Positions 10,825-20,106 of a stretch of 64,000 bases of DNA are shown here, piece by piece. Origin of the DNA: a bacterium (GTDB lineage: Bacteria; DUMJ01); assembly GCA_012839925.1 (NCBI GenBank), contig DUMJ01000025.1, forward strand, positions 8,797 to 72,796. Direction: 5' to 3'. How positions within the stretch are numbered: the stretch's first letter is position 1; every line of letters begins with the position of its first letter. A program made the position numbers and the translations under genes. A model generated the notes under the pieces. It searched no databases. It saw only the letters and a program-made list of their open reading frames with translations, and was not told where the DNA came from.

Positions 10825-12144
10825 ATGAAGATGATCAAGACCCTTACCATTGTATTGATATTCTTTTTACTGGCAAATATTGTATATTCAAATGAGGCGA
10901 ATATAGATGTTTTAGCCAGAAGTTTTATAGACTCTCTGGTAGCAGAAAGGTTTACTGAGATAGAGATGTCTTTTACTGAGGAACTATCAAAAGCTATTCC
11001 CGGTGAAACTTTAAAAGCCGTATGGGAAAGTATTATCAGCACATTAGGCAAATTTAACGAGATCCTGGATATAAAAATTACAGAATACAAAGAGTACAGA
11101 ATAGCCAGCGTAATATGTGACTTTGAACGTGGAACATTAGAGATACAGATAACTTTTGACAAAGAACTAAGAATCGCAGGATTATATTTCTTACAACCAC
11201 AATTTAAAGCTACCTATACTCCTCCATCCTATGCAAATCAGGACAGTTTTACAGAGATAGAGGTAGTATTAGGTGATGGGAAATGGAAGCTACCAGGATT
11301 ATTAACCCTGCCTAAAACAGATAAACCCTATCCTGCCGTAGTTTTAGTTCATGGTTCTGGACCTAACGATAAGGATGAAACTATAGGTACGAATAAACCA
11401 TTCAAAGATCTGTCCTGGGGATTAGCTTCCAGAGGCATCGCAGTATTAAGATACGAGAAGCGCACCAGATATTACGGAGAGGAGTCTTTGATAGAAGGAT
11501 TTACTGTAAATGAAGAGGTGATAGAAGATGTGATCAGTGCGGTAGATTTTCTTTATCAAAGAGAGGAGATAGATAAAAATAAGATATTCATTCTGGGGCA
11601 TAGCCTAGGAGGGATGTTAGCTCCCAGAATAGCAGAAAAAACAGATAAAGTAAGGGGTATCATTATGCTGGCAGGAACTATAAAAGACTTGCTGGAAATT
11701 ATACCCAAACAGGCAAAGTATCTTGCATCCTTAGATAGTAAAATTACCGAAGAGGAAATGAGAGAGATAGAGGATTTAGAGAAAAAAATAGAAGATATAA
11801 AATCCTCAAAAGTAGGGAAAGATGAGAACATCCTGGGAGCACCTGGTTCATACTGGCTGGATCTGATAAATTATAATCCATTAGAATCAATTAAGAATTT
11901 AGAGCTTCCCATCCTGGTCCTTCAGGGAGATAGAGACTATCAGGTCACTGTGGATGACTTTAAACTATGGCAGGAGGAACTAAAAGATAAACCTAATGTG
12001 ACTTTTAAACTCTATAAAGGGCTGAATCATCTTTTTATCTATGGAGAGGGTAAATCTACGACAGAGGAGTATTATAGACCCGGTAATGTTTCTCAGGAGG
12101 TAATAGAAGATATAGCAAACTGGATCAAAATCAGTCAGATCTAA
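10825..12144 (+). CDS. secreted alpha/beta hydrolase with N-terminal DUF3887-like domain
   Basis: Signal peptide MKMIKTLTIVLIFFLLANIVYS, HGSGPND oxyanion region and GHSLGG nucleophile elbow. Confidence 0.75.
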   Translation: MKMIKTLTIVLIFFLLANIVYSNEANIDVLARSFIDSLVAERFTEIEMSFTEELSKAIPGETLKAVWESIISTLGKFNEILDIKITEYKEYRIASVICDFERGTLEIQITFDKELRIAGLYFLQPQFKATYTPPSYANQDSFTEIEVVLGDGKWKLPGLLTLPKTDKPYPAVVLVHGSGPNDKDETIGTNKPFKDLSWGLASRGIAVLRYEKRTRYYGEESLIEGFTVNEEVIEDVISAVDFLYQREEIDKNKIFILGHSLGGMLAPRIAEKTDKVRGIIMLAGTIKDLLEIIPKQAKYLASLDSKITEEEMREIEDLEKKIEDIKSSKVGKDENILGAPGSYWLDLINYNPLESIKNLELPILVLQGDRDYQVTVDDFKLWQEELKDKPNVTFKLYKGLNHLFIYGEGKSTTEEYYRPGNVSQEVIEDIANWIKISQI

Positions 12145-13192
12145 AGGCTTTACTTCCGCTTACAAAAACAAGTACAGAGAATACCATCGTCATTATAAGG
12201 GATACTGTAAGAACAAAAATACTGGAACCAGTCTCCACTCCTGTAGCTATTCTTATGCTCTGAGCCACATAGGCAAGTGGTAAGATGCTGCCTATTTTTC
12301 TCAGGTAACCTGGAAGGAACTCCAGAGGGAAATATATCCCGGAGAAGAACATCATTACGGTCATAAAGAGAGAACCCATCTCTGAAGCGACAGCCGGTTC
12401 GGTAAAAATCTCACTCAGCAGTATACCAAAAGCCATCATCCCCAATATACTGGTACTGACTGAAATAAGGTATAAGAGCCAGTTTATATTGAAATTAACC
12501 TTGAATATCAACTGGGATAGCATTAACACCAGTGTGGCAGAAGATATGGTGACGACAAATCTCCCTGAAATCATCCCGAGGATAAATTGATATGGTCTTA
12601 AGGGTGTGACTCCAAACCTTTTAAGTATTCCTCTCTTCCTGTAATCTCCAAAGAGAGAGATCATAGAGAACATCCCACCATTGAAGATGGTCAGCGCTAC
12701 AACACCAGGTATCATATATCCTAAATCTGTAGTAACAGTTCTACCAGGATCGATAGAAGTCAGCTTCAGGTCTATAATTTTATCTATCTTTATATCGCTT
12801 TTCAAGATACGGTCTGTAATGGTATCTCCAAGCATTCTACTTAACGGGTCTCTCTGCATAGTTGTAAAGTTTAACATAAGTCTCATCTCTTCAGAGTTAT
12901 AGATAACTCCGGCATCGATCTTACCCTGAAGGATTGCCTGTCTAATGCTTTCAGTGCTATCAAAATCTCTGGCATCTACCCCCTCTATACTATTTACAAC
13001 ATCATAGAGTCTATTATCTGACGAAAGAACCCCAACTGAGAGCTTGCTCTCCTCGCCTGAAGAGCCTACTCCAAACACGAAGCCGAAGATAATAACTAAT
13101 GTAAAAGGGAAGATGAGGGTGAAGAAAAATGTCATCTTATCTCTGTAGAATGTCTTTACTGTGGAGAGAAAAAGTTTCCAGATAACCTTCAT
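12131..13192 (-). CDS. ABC-2 type exporter permease
   Basis: N-terminal TM helix, an extracytoplasmic loop of about 130 aa, then 5 C-terminal TM helices. Adjacent to the ABC ATPase. Confidence 0.75.
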   Translation of the reverse strand: MKVIWKLFLSTVKTFYRDKMTFFFTLIFPFTLVIIFGFVFGVGSSGEESKLSVGVLSSDNRLYDVVNSIEGVDARDFDSTESIRQAILQGKIDAGVIYNSEEMRLMLNFTTMQRDPLSRMLGDTITDRILKSDIKIDKIIDLKLTSIDPGRTVTTDLGYMIPGVVALTIFNGGMFSMISLFGDYRKRGILKRFGVTPLRPYQFILGMISGRFVVTISSATLVLMLSQLIFKVNFNINWLLYLISVSTSILGMMAFGILLSEIFTEPAVASEMGSLFMTVMMFFSGIYFPLEFLPGYLRKIGSILPLAYVAQSIRIATGVETGSSIFVLTVSLIMTMVFSVLVFVSGSKAFRSD

Positions 13193-14362
13193 CTAGAACT
13201 CCTCCTTACCAAATCTTTTTACAGTAAAAAACAGGAAGAACACTGTCCAGAATACTGGCACAAGTAAAGTTACAATATCAGGATATGGGGATTTCATTAT
13301 GCCCAGAGAATCTCTGATACCAGATGTTAAATAAGTGATCGGGTTGATAATCACAATCCATCTTATAACCCATGGGACATTAATAAGAGGAAAATATAAT
13401 CCCCCAAGAAACTGTAATGGGAAATTCAATACTTGACTTATAGCATTGGCACTGTTAGTAGTCTTTGAAATAGCAGCTATAAAAAATCCAAGAGAGGATA
13501 GACACAGTATTGTAAGGAGCGTATATAGTATAAATGCCGGAGCAAATGGGTTGACATTAGTCTTAAATATGAATTTTGCGATGATGGTTATAAGTGCTAT
13601 CTGCAGGATGATAAGATAAAATCTGGAGATAATATAAGAGATAATAAATTCAGAGTTTGCCAGACCAGTAACATTTATCCTGCGCATAATACCCTTCTCT
13701 TTTAGCCAGGTCATATCTACGCCAATACCAAAGAGACCTGTCATAAAAACGGTAAAAATAACCATCCCGGGATAAATAAAATCTATATATGAAAAAGTAT
13801 CTTCAGTTCCGACAATCTCAGTTTTTACAGGTATTATCTCCATCTGATACCCCATGCCTTTAAGAAACTCAAGCTCCAGCTTCTGGAATATATTCTTCAC
13901 TATGACATATGCTGATTGGGAGGCTGCCTGATGTTTCAGGGAATATACATTGATAGTAGGAGCAGAAGGAGTTATACCCATATTTTTCATCATAAACCAG
14001 TTCAGCATCCTGGCATCAAAATCTTCAGGGATCTCCAATACAAGGTCCGTCTTTTTATCCTTTAACCTCTCCAGTCCTTTTTCCAGATTCTCTCCTGAAC
14101 CTGGAAATTTTTCAAGCTGGAAGATCCTATTCTCTCCACTGCTGACCTCATTGAAGACCCTCTCAATAATTCCTGAGAATGTCCCTCCATAAGAGATCAG
14201 GGTAAGATTAAATGTTATATTTTTGGGCTCATAAAGTGGAGAAAATATAAGCATCATAATTACAAGTAATATACAGGGAAAGGCTAAAAGCCAGAATAAG
14301 TTAGAACCATCTCTTACCAGAGATTTAAATAGATAATTGGATAGTCTTAAGACCCTCTTCAT
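13193..14362 (-). CDS. ABC-2 type exporter permease (second, distinct subunit)
   Basis: Same topology as the neighbouring permease. Abuts it directly and overlaps the ATPase gene by 4 nt. Confidence 0.75.
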   Translation of the reverse strand: MKRVLRLSNYLFKSLVRDGSNLFWLLAFPCILLVIMMLIFSPLYEPKNITFNLTLISYGGTFSGIIERVFNEVSSGENRIFQLEKFPGSGENLEKGLERLKDKKTDLVLEIPEDFDARMLNWFMMKNMGITPSAPTINVYSLKHQAASQSAYVIVKNIFQKLELEFLKGMGYQMEIIPVKTEIVGTEDTFSYIDFIYPGMVIFTVFMTGLFGIGVDMTWLKEKGIMRRINVTGLANSEFIISYIISRFYLIILQIALITIIAKFIFKTNVNPFAPAFILYTLLTILCLSSLGFFIAAISKTTNSANAISQVLNFPLQFLGGLYFPLINVPWVIRWIVIINPITYLTSGIRDSLGIMKSPYPDIVTLLVPVFWTVFFLFFTVKRFGKEEF

Positions 14363-15285
14363 TCTTCTCTCAGTGACTTTCCAGTAAGAGATAAAAAGAC
14401 ATCCTCCAGATTTGGCTGTCTTATTGTAACATCCTTTATCTGGAGCGCATTCTCCCTGGAAAGTCTTAACAACAGGTCAATGGTAGAGAGTATGTCATTC
14501 GTTTTTAACAAAAGTCTCTTATGTCTCTCATCATACACAGGGTCTAATCCAGAATTATTTAACTCCTCTAACATTACTGAATTAACATCAAGCTCTACCT
14601 CAATAAGACTCTCCTTACCCAGATCTCTAATAAGAGAGTGAGGGTCTCCCTCTTTAATTATCTTACCCAGGTCCATTATACAGACCCAGTCAGAAAGGAT
14701 CTCAGCCTCTTCCATATAATGAGTGGTGAGAATAATCGTCTTACCATTTCTCTTAAGGTCAAGAAGTATATCCCAGGTATTTCTCCTTGCCTGAGGGTCA
14801 AGACCAGTGGTAGGCTCATCCAAAAATAATATCAATGGGTCATTAATCATGGCTAATCCGATAACAAGTCTCTGTTTCTGACCTCCGGAAAGATTTTTTA
14901 TATATGTACTGGACTTATCCTCCAAAGATACCATCTTCAGGACTTCATCCGCATCGAGCGACCTTTCAAATATGTTCTTAAACATATCCAGGGTCTCTCT
15001 GACAGTAAGGTACGGGATAAGATTGGTCTCCTGCAAGGAAACACCAATATAAGCCTTCTCTTCTCTCCCTATTTTTGATACCTCTTTGCCAAGAAATCTG
15101 ATCTTACCACTATCAGGTATCCTGAGCCCTTCTATTATTTCAATAGTTGTAGTCTTCCCCGCCCCATTGGGACCTAAAAGAGTAAATACAGAGCCCTGCT
15201 TTACTTTAAAATTAACACCATCAATCGCCTTAACCTGCCCATAGTATCTCTTTAGGTCTTCAACTTCAAGTATAAAATTACTCAT
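14359..15285 (-). CDS. ABC transporter ATP-binding protein (DrrA/NatA-like)
   Basis: Walker A GPNGAGKTT, signature LSGGQKQR and Walker B ILFLDEPT. Confidence 0.9.
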   Translation of the reverse strand: MSNFILEVEDLKRYYGQVKAIDGVNFKVKQGSVFTLLGPNGAGKTTTIEIIEGLRIPDSGKIRFLGKEVSKIGREEKAYIGVSLQETNLIPYLTVRETLDMFKNIFERSLDADEVLKMVSLEDKSSTYIKNLSGGQKQRLVIGLAMINDPLILFLDEPTTGLDPQARRNTWDILLDLKRNGKTIILTTHYMEEAEILSDWVCIMDLGKIIKEGDPHSLIRDLGKESLIEVELDVNSVMLEELNNSGLDPVYDERHKRLLLKTNDILSTIDLLLRLSRENALQIKDVTIRQPNLEDVFLSLTGKSLREE

Positions 15286-15749
15286 TAGGTTCCCTCTTTC
15301 TCCCTTAAAACCTCCTCCACTATCTTCCTTATAAGTCCACCTTCTGCTTTCCCTCTGAGCTCTTTCATAGTCTCCTTCATAACATTACCTAAATCCTTCA
15401 AACTGCTGGCTCCTGTACTTTCGGCAATCCTGTTTATAATGACCCTGATTTTATCTTCTGAGAGCTCCTCTGGAAGATAACCTTGAAGTATCTTTAACTC
15501 CTCAGCCTCTTTCTCTGCCAGCTCTAATCTGCCACCCTGTTTATAGAGCTCTATGGATTCTCTCCTCTTCTTTATCTCCTGTCTTATTATATCTATAATA
15601 TCGTTATCTTCTAATGTCTTACCTTTACCCTTAGCATCTATCTCTTTATACTTGATATTAGACTTGAGAAGATTCAATACACTCTCTCTCAATGTATCCC
15701 TTTTCTTTTTTGCCTCAATATAATCTCTGTTTATCTTTTCTAAGAGCAT
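15285..15749 (-). CDS. yqeY: GatB/YqeY domain protein
   Basis: Full-length YqeY pattern (..DIIDIIRQEIKKRRESIELYKQGGR..LKDLGNVMK..). Confidence 0.85.
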   Translation of the reverse strand: MLLEKINRDYIEAKKKRDTLRESVLNLLKSNIKYKEIDAKGKGKTLEDNDIIDIIRQEIKKRRESIELYKQGGRLELAEKEAEELKILQGYLPEELSEDKIRVIINRIAESTGASSLKDLGNVMKETMKELRGKAEGGLIRKIVEEVLREKEGT

Positions 15750-15788
15750 ACGCCCCTCCTTAATTACAGAATTATATTAAATTTTTAT

Positions 15789-16448
15789 CTATTTAAATCC
15801 TCTGAACTTGAGTTCTCTTATAACAGCTTCTCTCTCCAATCTCATATGCTCTTTGGAGTAAAACTCGGCATTTTGGATATTTTTCTTCTCAAGAGAAGAA
15901 AGTATCTTCTTATGTTCCTGAAGGGATGACTCAACTCTTCCAGATAGAGAATTTATAACGGGTAAAGCCAGTTTGAGTTGAGCATCCAGTATGGAAAGGA
16001 AATAGCTGAGTCTTTTATCCTCTGTAATCTCTCTCAAGATTTGATGAAATCTCATATCTGCCTCTTCATAACCCAGGATATCATTTGATTTTGCAAATCT
16101 CTCGGCATCACTGATTATGCTGTTCAGACTATTTATATCTGTATCATTTATCTTTTCCAACGCTTTCCTTCCGCACAGTCCTTCGAGAACTTCCTTAAGA
16201 CCATAAATCTCTTCCACATCCTCTAACGTAAGGGTGCTTACAAATGCTCCACGTCTCGGTATATTCTCCACCAATCCCTCTTTTTCAAGAGCTATAAGGG
16301 CTTCTTTTATCGGAGTAGGACTTACATTGAATCTTTTAGTAAGGTCTTCTATGGTAAGCTTTATTCCACTCTGAAGCTCTCTATTGAGAATATCCTTTTT
16401 TATCCTCTCATATACAGTTATTCGAAGGTCATATAATTCTCTCTCCAT
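15789..16448 (-). CDS. GntR-family transcriptional regulator with FCD (FadR C-terminal) domain
   Basis: Winged-helix N-terminus (..FNVSPTPIKEALIALEKEGLVENIPRRGAFV) plus an all-helical C-terminal domain. Confidence 0.85.
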   Translation of the reverse strand: MERELYDLRITVYERIKKDILNRELQSGIKLTIEDLTKRFNVSPTPIKEALIALEKEGLVENIPRRGAFVSTLTLEDVEEIYGLKEVLEGLCGRKALEKINDTDINSLNSIISDAERFAKSNDILGYEEADMRFHQILREITEDKRLSYFLSILDAQLKLALPVINSLSGRVESSLQEHKKILSSLEKKNIQNAEFYSKEHMRLEREAVIRELKFRGFK

Positions 16449-16563
16449 AAGATTACCCTTCTCTAATTCTAAATTAAAGCAAGACTGAAAGCAATAAAAC
16501 TACGAATAAAAATAATATTCAATAAAATATAAAATTTAAAAATAAATTTACAATTACAAGAAT

Positions 16564-17703
16564 TTACTGCGCTAAAAATGCCAGAGTCACTTTTTCTACA
16601 ACCAGGGGGTTAAATGGACTTGGCACAATAATCCCCTTCTCTAACTCCTCTTCTGAAACTATATCTGCTATAGCCTGAGCAGCTTTTATTTTTATCTTAT
16701 TATCCACTTTCTTTCTTGATAAAAGAGACCCTTTTATAAGACCAGGGAAAACTAGAAGATTATTTATCTGGTTAGGATAGTCTGATCTTCCGGTAGCAAC
16801 CACTTTAGCCCCTGACAAAACCGCATCGTTATAATCTATCTCCGGTATCGGGTTAGCCATCGCAAAAACAATCGGATCAGATGCCATACTTCTTATCATA
16901 TCCCCTGTTAAAATCCCTGGGGCTGATAGACCTATAAATATGTCTGCACCACTCATTGCCAGTCCTAAACCACCGGATAATCCCTTCGGGTTTGTCTTCT
17001 GGGCTAACTTATATTTATCTTCATTAAGGTCCTCTCTTTTTGTGTTTATAATACCCTTACTATCACAGACAATTATATCTTTAAAACCAGATTCCAGCAA
17101 TAGATAAGTCACCGCTGTCCCAGCTGCACCTGCACCTGAGATTACAATTTTTACATTCTCTTTTTTCTTATTCACCAGTTTGAGGGCGTTTATCAATCCG
17201 GCAAGTACAGCTATAGCTGTTCCATGCTGATCATCATGGAAGAACGGAATATCCAGGGTTTTATCTAAAGCTTCTTCTACTCTAAAACATTCCGGAGCCT
17301 TTATATCTTCTAACAGAATAAGCCCAAAAGTTGGCGCTATAGACAGGACAAAATGAACCGTATCTTCCCACGACTTTGACCTTATACATATAGGAACTGC
17401 ATTTACCCCTGCAAATTTTTTTATAAGTAGAGCCTTACCCTCCATAACAGGAAGGGCAGATTCAGGTCCAACGTTCCCAAGACCAAGGACTGCCGTACCA
17501 TCACTCACTACAGCGATTGTATTTGACTTCCAGGTGTAAGAGTAGACCTTCTCTTTATCCCTGGCTATCTCTTCAGAGACAAAACCTACCCCTGGAGTAT
17601 ATACTAGACTTAGGTCTGTTTTATCCATTACATCCACTTTGGGGTCAACAGAGAGTTTCCCATTTAAATATCTATGTAATTCTATAGCATCATCTCTATT
17701 CAA
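16564..17703 (-). CDS. NAD(P)-dependent malic enzyme (short form)
   Basis: [30 protein letters not shown] and GAGAAG Rossmann motifs. Confidence 0.85.
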   Translation of the reverse strand: MNRDDAIELHRYLNGKLSVDPKVDVMDKTDLSLVYTPGVGFVSEEIARDKEKVYSYTWKSNTIAVVSDGTAVLGLGNVGPESALPVMEGKALLIKKFAGVNAVPICIRSKSWEDTVHFVLSIAPTFGLILLEDIKAPECFRVEEALDKTLDIPFFHDDQHGTAIAVLAGLINALKLVNKKKENVKIVISGAGAAGTAVTYLLLESGFKDIIVCDSKGIINTKREDLNEDKYKLAQKTNPKGLSGGLGLAMSGADIFIGLSAPGILTGDMIRSMASDPIVFAMANPIPEIDYNDAVLSGAKVVATGRSDYPNQINNLLVFPGLIKGSLLSRKKVDNKIKIKAAQAIADIVSEEELEKGIIVPSPFNPLVVEKVTLAFLAQ

Positions 17704-18529
17704 AGGTTTCCTCCAGCGTCAAAGAAAAATCTATAGATTTGGCTGAATGTGTGATGGCTCCTACAGATATAAAATCTACAGGCAAGTCAACAAGTTGCTC
17801 TATATTATTATCATTTATACCGCCAGATACTTCTATCTGCGCCCTGCCATCTATCAGCTTAATAGCTTCTCTTATCGTCTCCACGTCCATATTATCGAGC
17901 AGTATCACATCCGCTCCACCTTCCAGTGCTTCTTTCACATCTTCAAGGGTAGCCGTTTCTATTTCTACCTTCATATAGTGAGGAACATTTCTCTTAACCA
18001 GCTCCAGGGCATTTTTTACCCCTCCAACAGCTATTGAATGATTATCTTTAATCAGTATCCCATCATAAAGTCCAAACCTGTGGTTCTTGCCCCCTCCAAC
18101 CCTCACAGCATATTTTTCCAAAAATCTCAAACCTGGTAATGTCTTTCTGGTATCAAGAATCTTTATAGAGGAAGGAAGACGTTTTACCAGGTTACTGGTT
18201 ACTGTAGCTATACCTGATAGATGGGAGAGGAAATTAAGAGAAACCCTCTCACCCTTAAGTATGCTTCTTATTTTCCCCTCTATAAATAACACATTCTCTT
18301 TAGGAGAAACCTCTTCCCCATCATATTTCAGAAACTTCAGTACCAGAGAATTATCTATAGTATGGAAAACTTCCTTTACTATTTCACAGCCACAGAGTAT
18401 AGCCTTCTCCTTACATCTTACACGGGCTCTACCTCTGAGATTCTCATCTATAGTAAGGTCTGTGGTAATATCCCCAATTCCTATATCTTCTTCCAAAGAC
18501 ATCATAACTATCTTAGATATCTCATTCAT
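17696..18529 (-). CDS. nadC: nicotinate-nucleotide pyrophosphorylase (quinolinate phosphoribosyltransferase)
   Basis: Family-wide resemblance (..DTRKT.PGLR..EKYAV..GGG.NHR.GL.D..LIKDNH..). Confidence 0.9.
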   Translation of the reverse strand: MNEISKIVMMSLEEDIGIGDITTDLTIDENLRGRARVRCKEKAILCGCEIVKEVFHTIDNSLVLKFLKYDGEEVSPKENVLFIEGKIRSILKGERVSLNFLSHLSGIATVTSNLVKRLPSSIKILDTRKTLPGLRFLEKYAVRVGGGKNHRFGLYDGILIKDNHSIAVGGVKNALELVKRNVPHYMKVEIETATLEDVKEALEGGADVILLDNMDVETIREAIKLIDGRAQIEVSGGINDNNIEQLVDLPVDFISVGAITHSAKSIDFSLTLEETFE

Positions 18530-20106
18530 TTTATCTCCTTCTTCTTTACAATATGTTTTTGCCAGTATATATCATCTCTATATGGATAGTCCACTCTAAA
18601 GTGAGCTCCTCTACTCTCTCGTCTCTCCATAGCAGTCTCTCCGATCAGCCCTGCTAATTCTAACATATTCTTTGTCTCAACATCTCTAAAGTTAGCAACA
18701 GGTAGATCTCTTATCTCTTCTTCTAATATCCCTATCTCCTTTAACAACTCCTTTAACCCATTCTCTTCTCTTTTAATACCACAGTATTTCCACATAACGT
18801 CCTGTAATCTACGTCTATAATCATCTAAAATTCCTTTGTCAGATATCTTCTTCTCTGTAGCAGTCACTTCTTCTAAGATATCTATATCTCCATTATGAAG
18901 CACATATTTGGAAGCCTCCTGAGCTATAATTTTACCAAAAACCAAACCTTCAAGCAAAGAATTACTTGCCATTCTATTGGCACCATGAATACCAGTTCCA
19001 GCACATTCCCCACAGGCATAAAGCCCTCTTATACTTGTCTCTCCTTTAAGATTGGTCATTATACCACCCATCATATAGTGAGCTCCTGGAGAAACCGGGA
19101 TATAGTCCTTTGTGATGTCTATTCCATATTTTAGACATTCCCCATATATCATAGGAAAGTGAGACAGTATAAAATCTCGGGAGAGATGTGTTATGTCCAG
19201 ATATACATAATCAGAGTTTGTCTTTTCCATCTCCTCTGTAATTATTCTAGAGACCACATCTCTGGGTGCAAGTTCCCCCATACTGTGATACCTGGGCACA
19301 AACCTTTCTCCCCTGATATTTCTCAGAACCCCACCCTCTCCCCTTATAGATTCTGTTATGAGAAGAGAAGGCGCAGATGGATGCTTTAGAACAGTAGGAT
19401 GGAACTGGACAAATTCCATATCACACAACTCAGCTCCAGCATCATACGCTACGGCTAAACCATCCCCACAAGCTACATAGGGGTTTGTAGTAAATGGATA
19501 TAACTGTCCTATACCCCCCGTAGCAAGAACTGTAACTCCAGAATATATTGGATAAATCTCTTCCCTTTCCCTATCCCAGACTATGACGCCCCTGCAGATA
19601 TTATTCTCTACGATTAATTCCAGGACCATAACTTTATCTCTAAATGGAGTCTTTCTCTCTATAATATGTCTTATAAGAACATCCATAATAGCTTTTCCTG
19701 TAGAGTCACCGTTACTGTGCAACACTCTTCTCCTGGAGTGAGCACCTTCTCTACCTAAATCTAACTCTCCATTTTCGTCTCTATCAAATTCAACTCCCAA
19801 TCTAATAAGGTCTTCTACAATACTGGGGGCATTATCAACAAGTATCCTCACCGCAGCAGGATTACACAATCCATCCCCTGCCATTATAGTGTCATGATAA
19901 TGGATATCAGGGCTATCATCTTTCCCTATCGCAGCGGCTATACCCCCTTGAGCATTATATGAATTACTATCTGTAATATCGCCTTTGGTAATTACAAGAA
20001 CATTAATCTTGTCATACACATTTAAAGCTGTATATAAACCTGCTATGCCACTCCCCACTATAAGAACATCACATCTATTATTCAATCCAGACATTTGCCA
20101 CCCCAA
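18526..20106 (-). CDS. nadB: L-aspartate oxidase
   Basis: FAD fold VLIVGSGIAGL, HSRRRVLH and RGEGG motifs. An alternative start at ATG 20094 is possible. Confidence 0.9.
   Translation of the reverse strand: MGWQMSGLNNRCDVLIVGSGIAGLYTALNVYDKINVLVITKGDITDSNSYNAQGGIAAAIGKDDSPDIHYHDTIMAGDGLCNPAAVRILVDNAPSIVEDLIRLGVEFDRDENGELDLGREGAHSRRRVLHSNGDSTGKAIMDVLIRHIIERKTPFRDKVMVLELIVENNICRGVIVWDREREEIYPIYSGVTVLATGGIGQLYPFTTNPYVACGDGLAVAYDAGAELCDMEFVQFHPTVLKHPSAPSLLITESIRGEGGVLRNIRGERFVPRYHSMGELAPRDVVSRIITEEMEKTNSDYVYLDITHLSRDFILSHFPMIYGECLKYGIDITKDYIPVSPGAHYMMGGIMTNLKGETSIRGLYACGECAGTGIHGANRMASNSLLEGLVFGKIIAQEASKYVLHNGDIDILEEVTATEKKISDKGILDDYRRRLQDVMWKYCGIKREENGLKELLKEIGILEEEIRDLPVANFRDVETKNMLELAGLIGETAMERRESRGAHFRVDYPYRDDIYWQKHIVKKKEIK

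Noticed and set aside
20078-20106. dnaE/nadB overlap as a frameshifted fusion or pseudogene
   Set aside because: Both proteins are full-length with intact N- and C-terminal family features. The short overlap is an ordinary out-of-frame gene overlap, and the nadB start may be ATG 20094.
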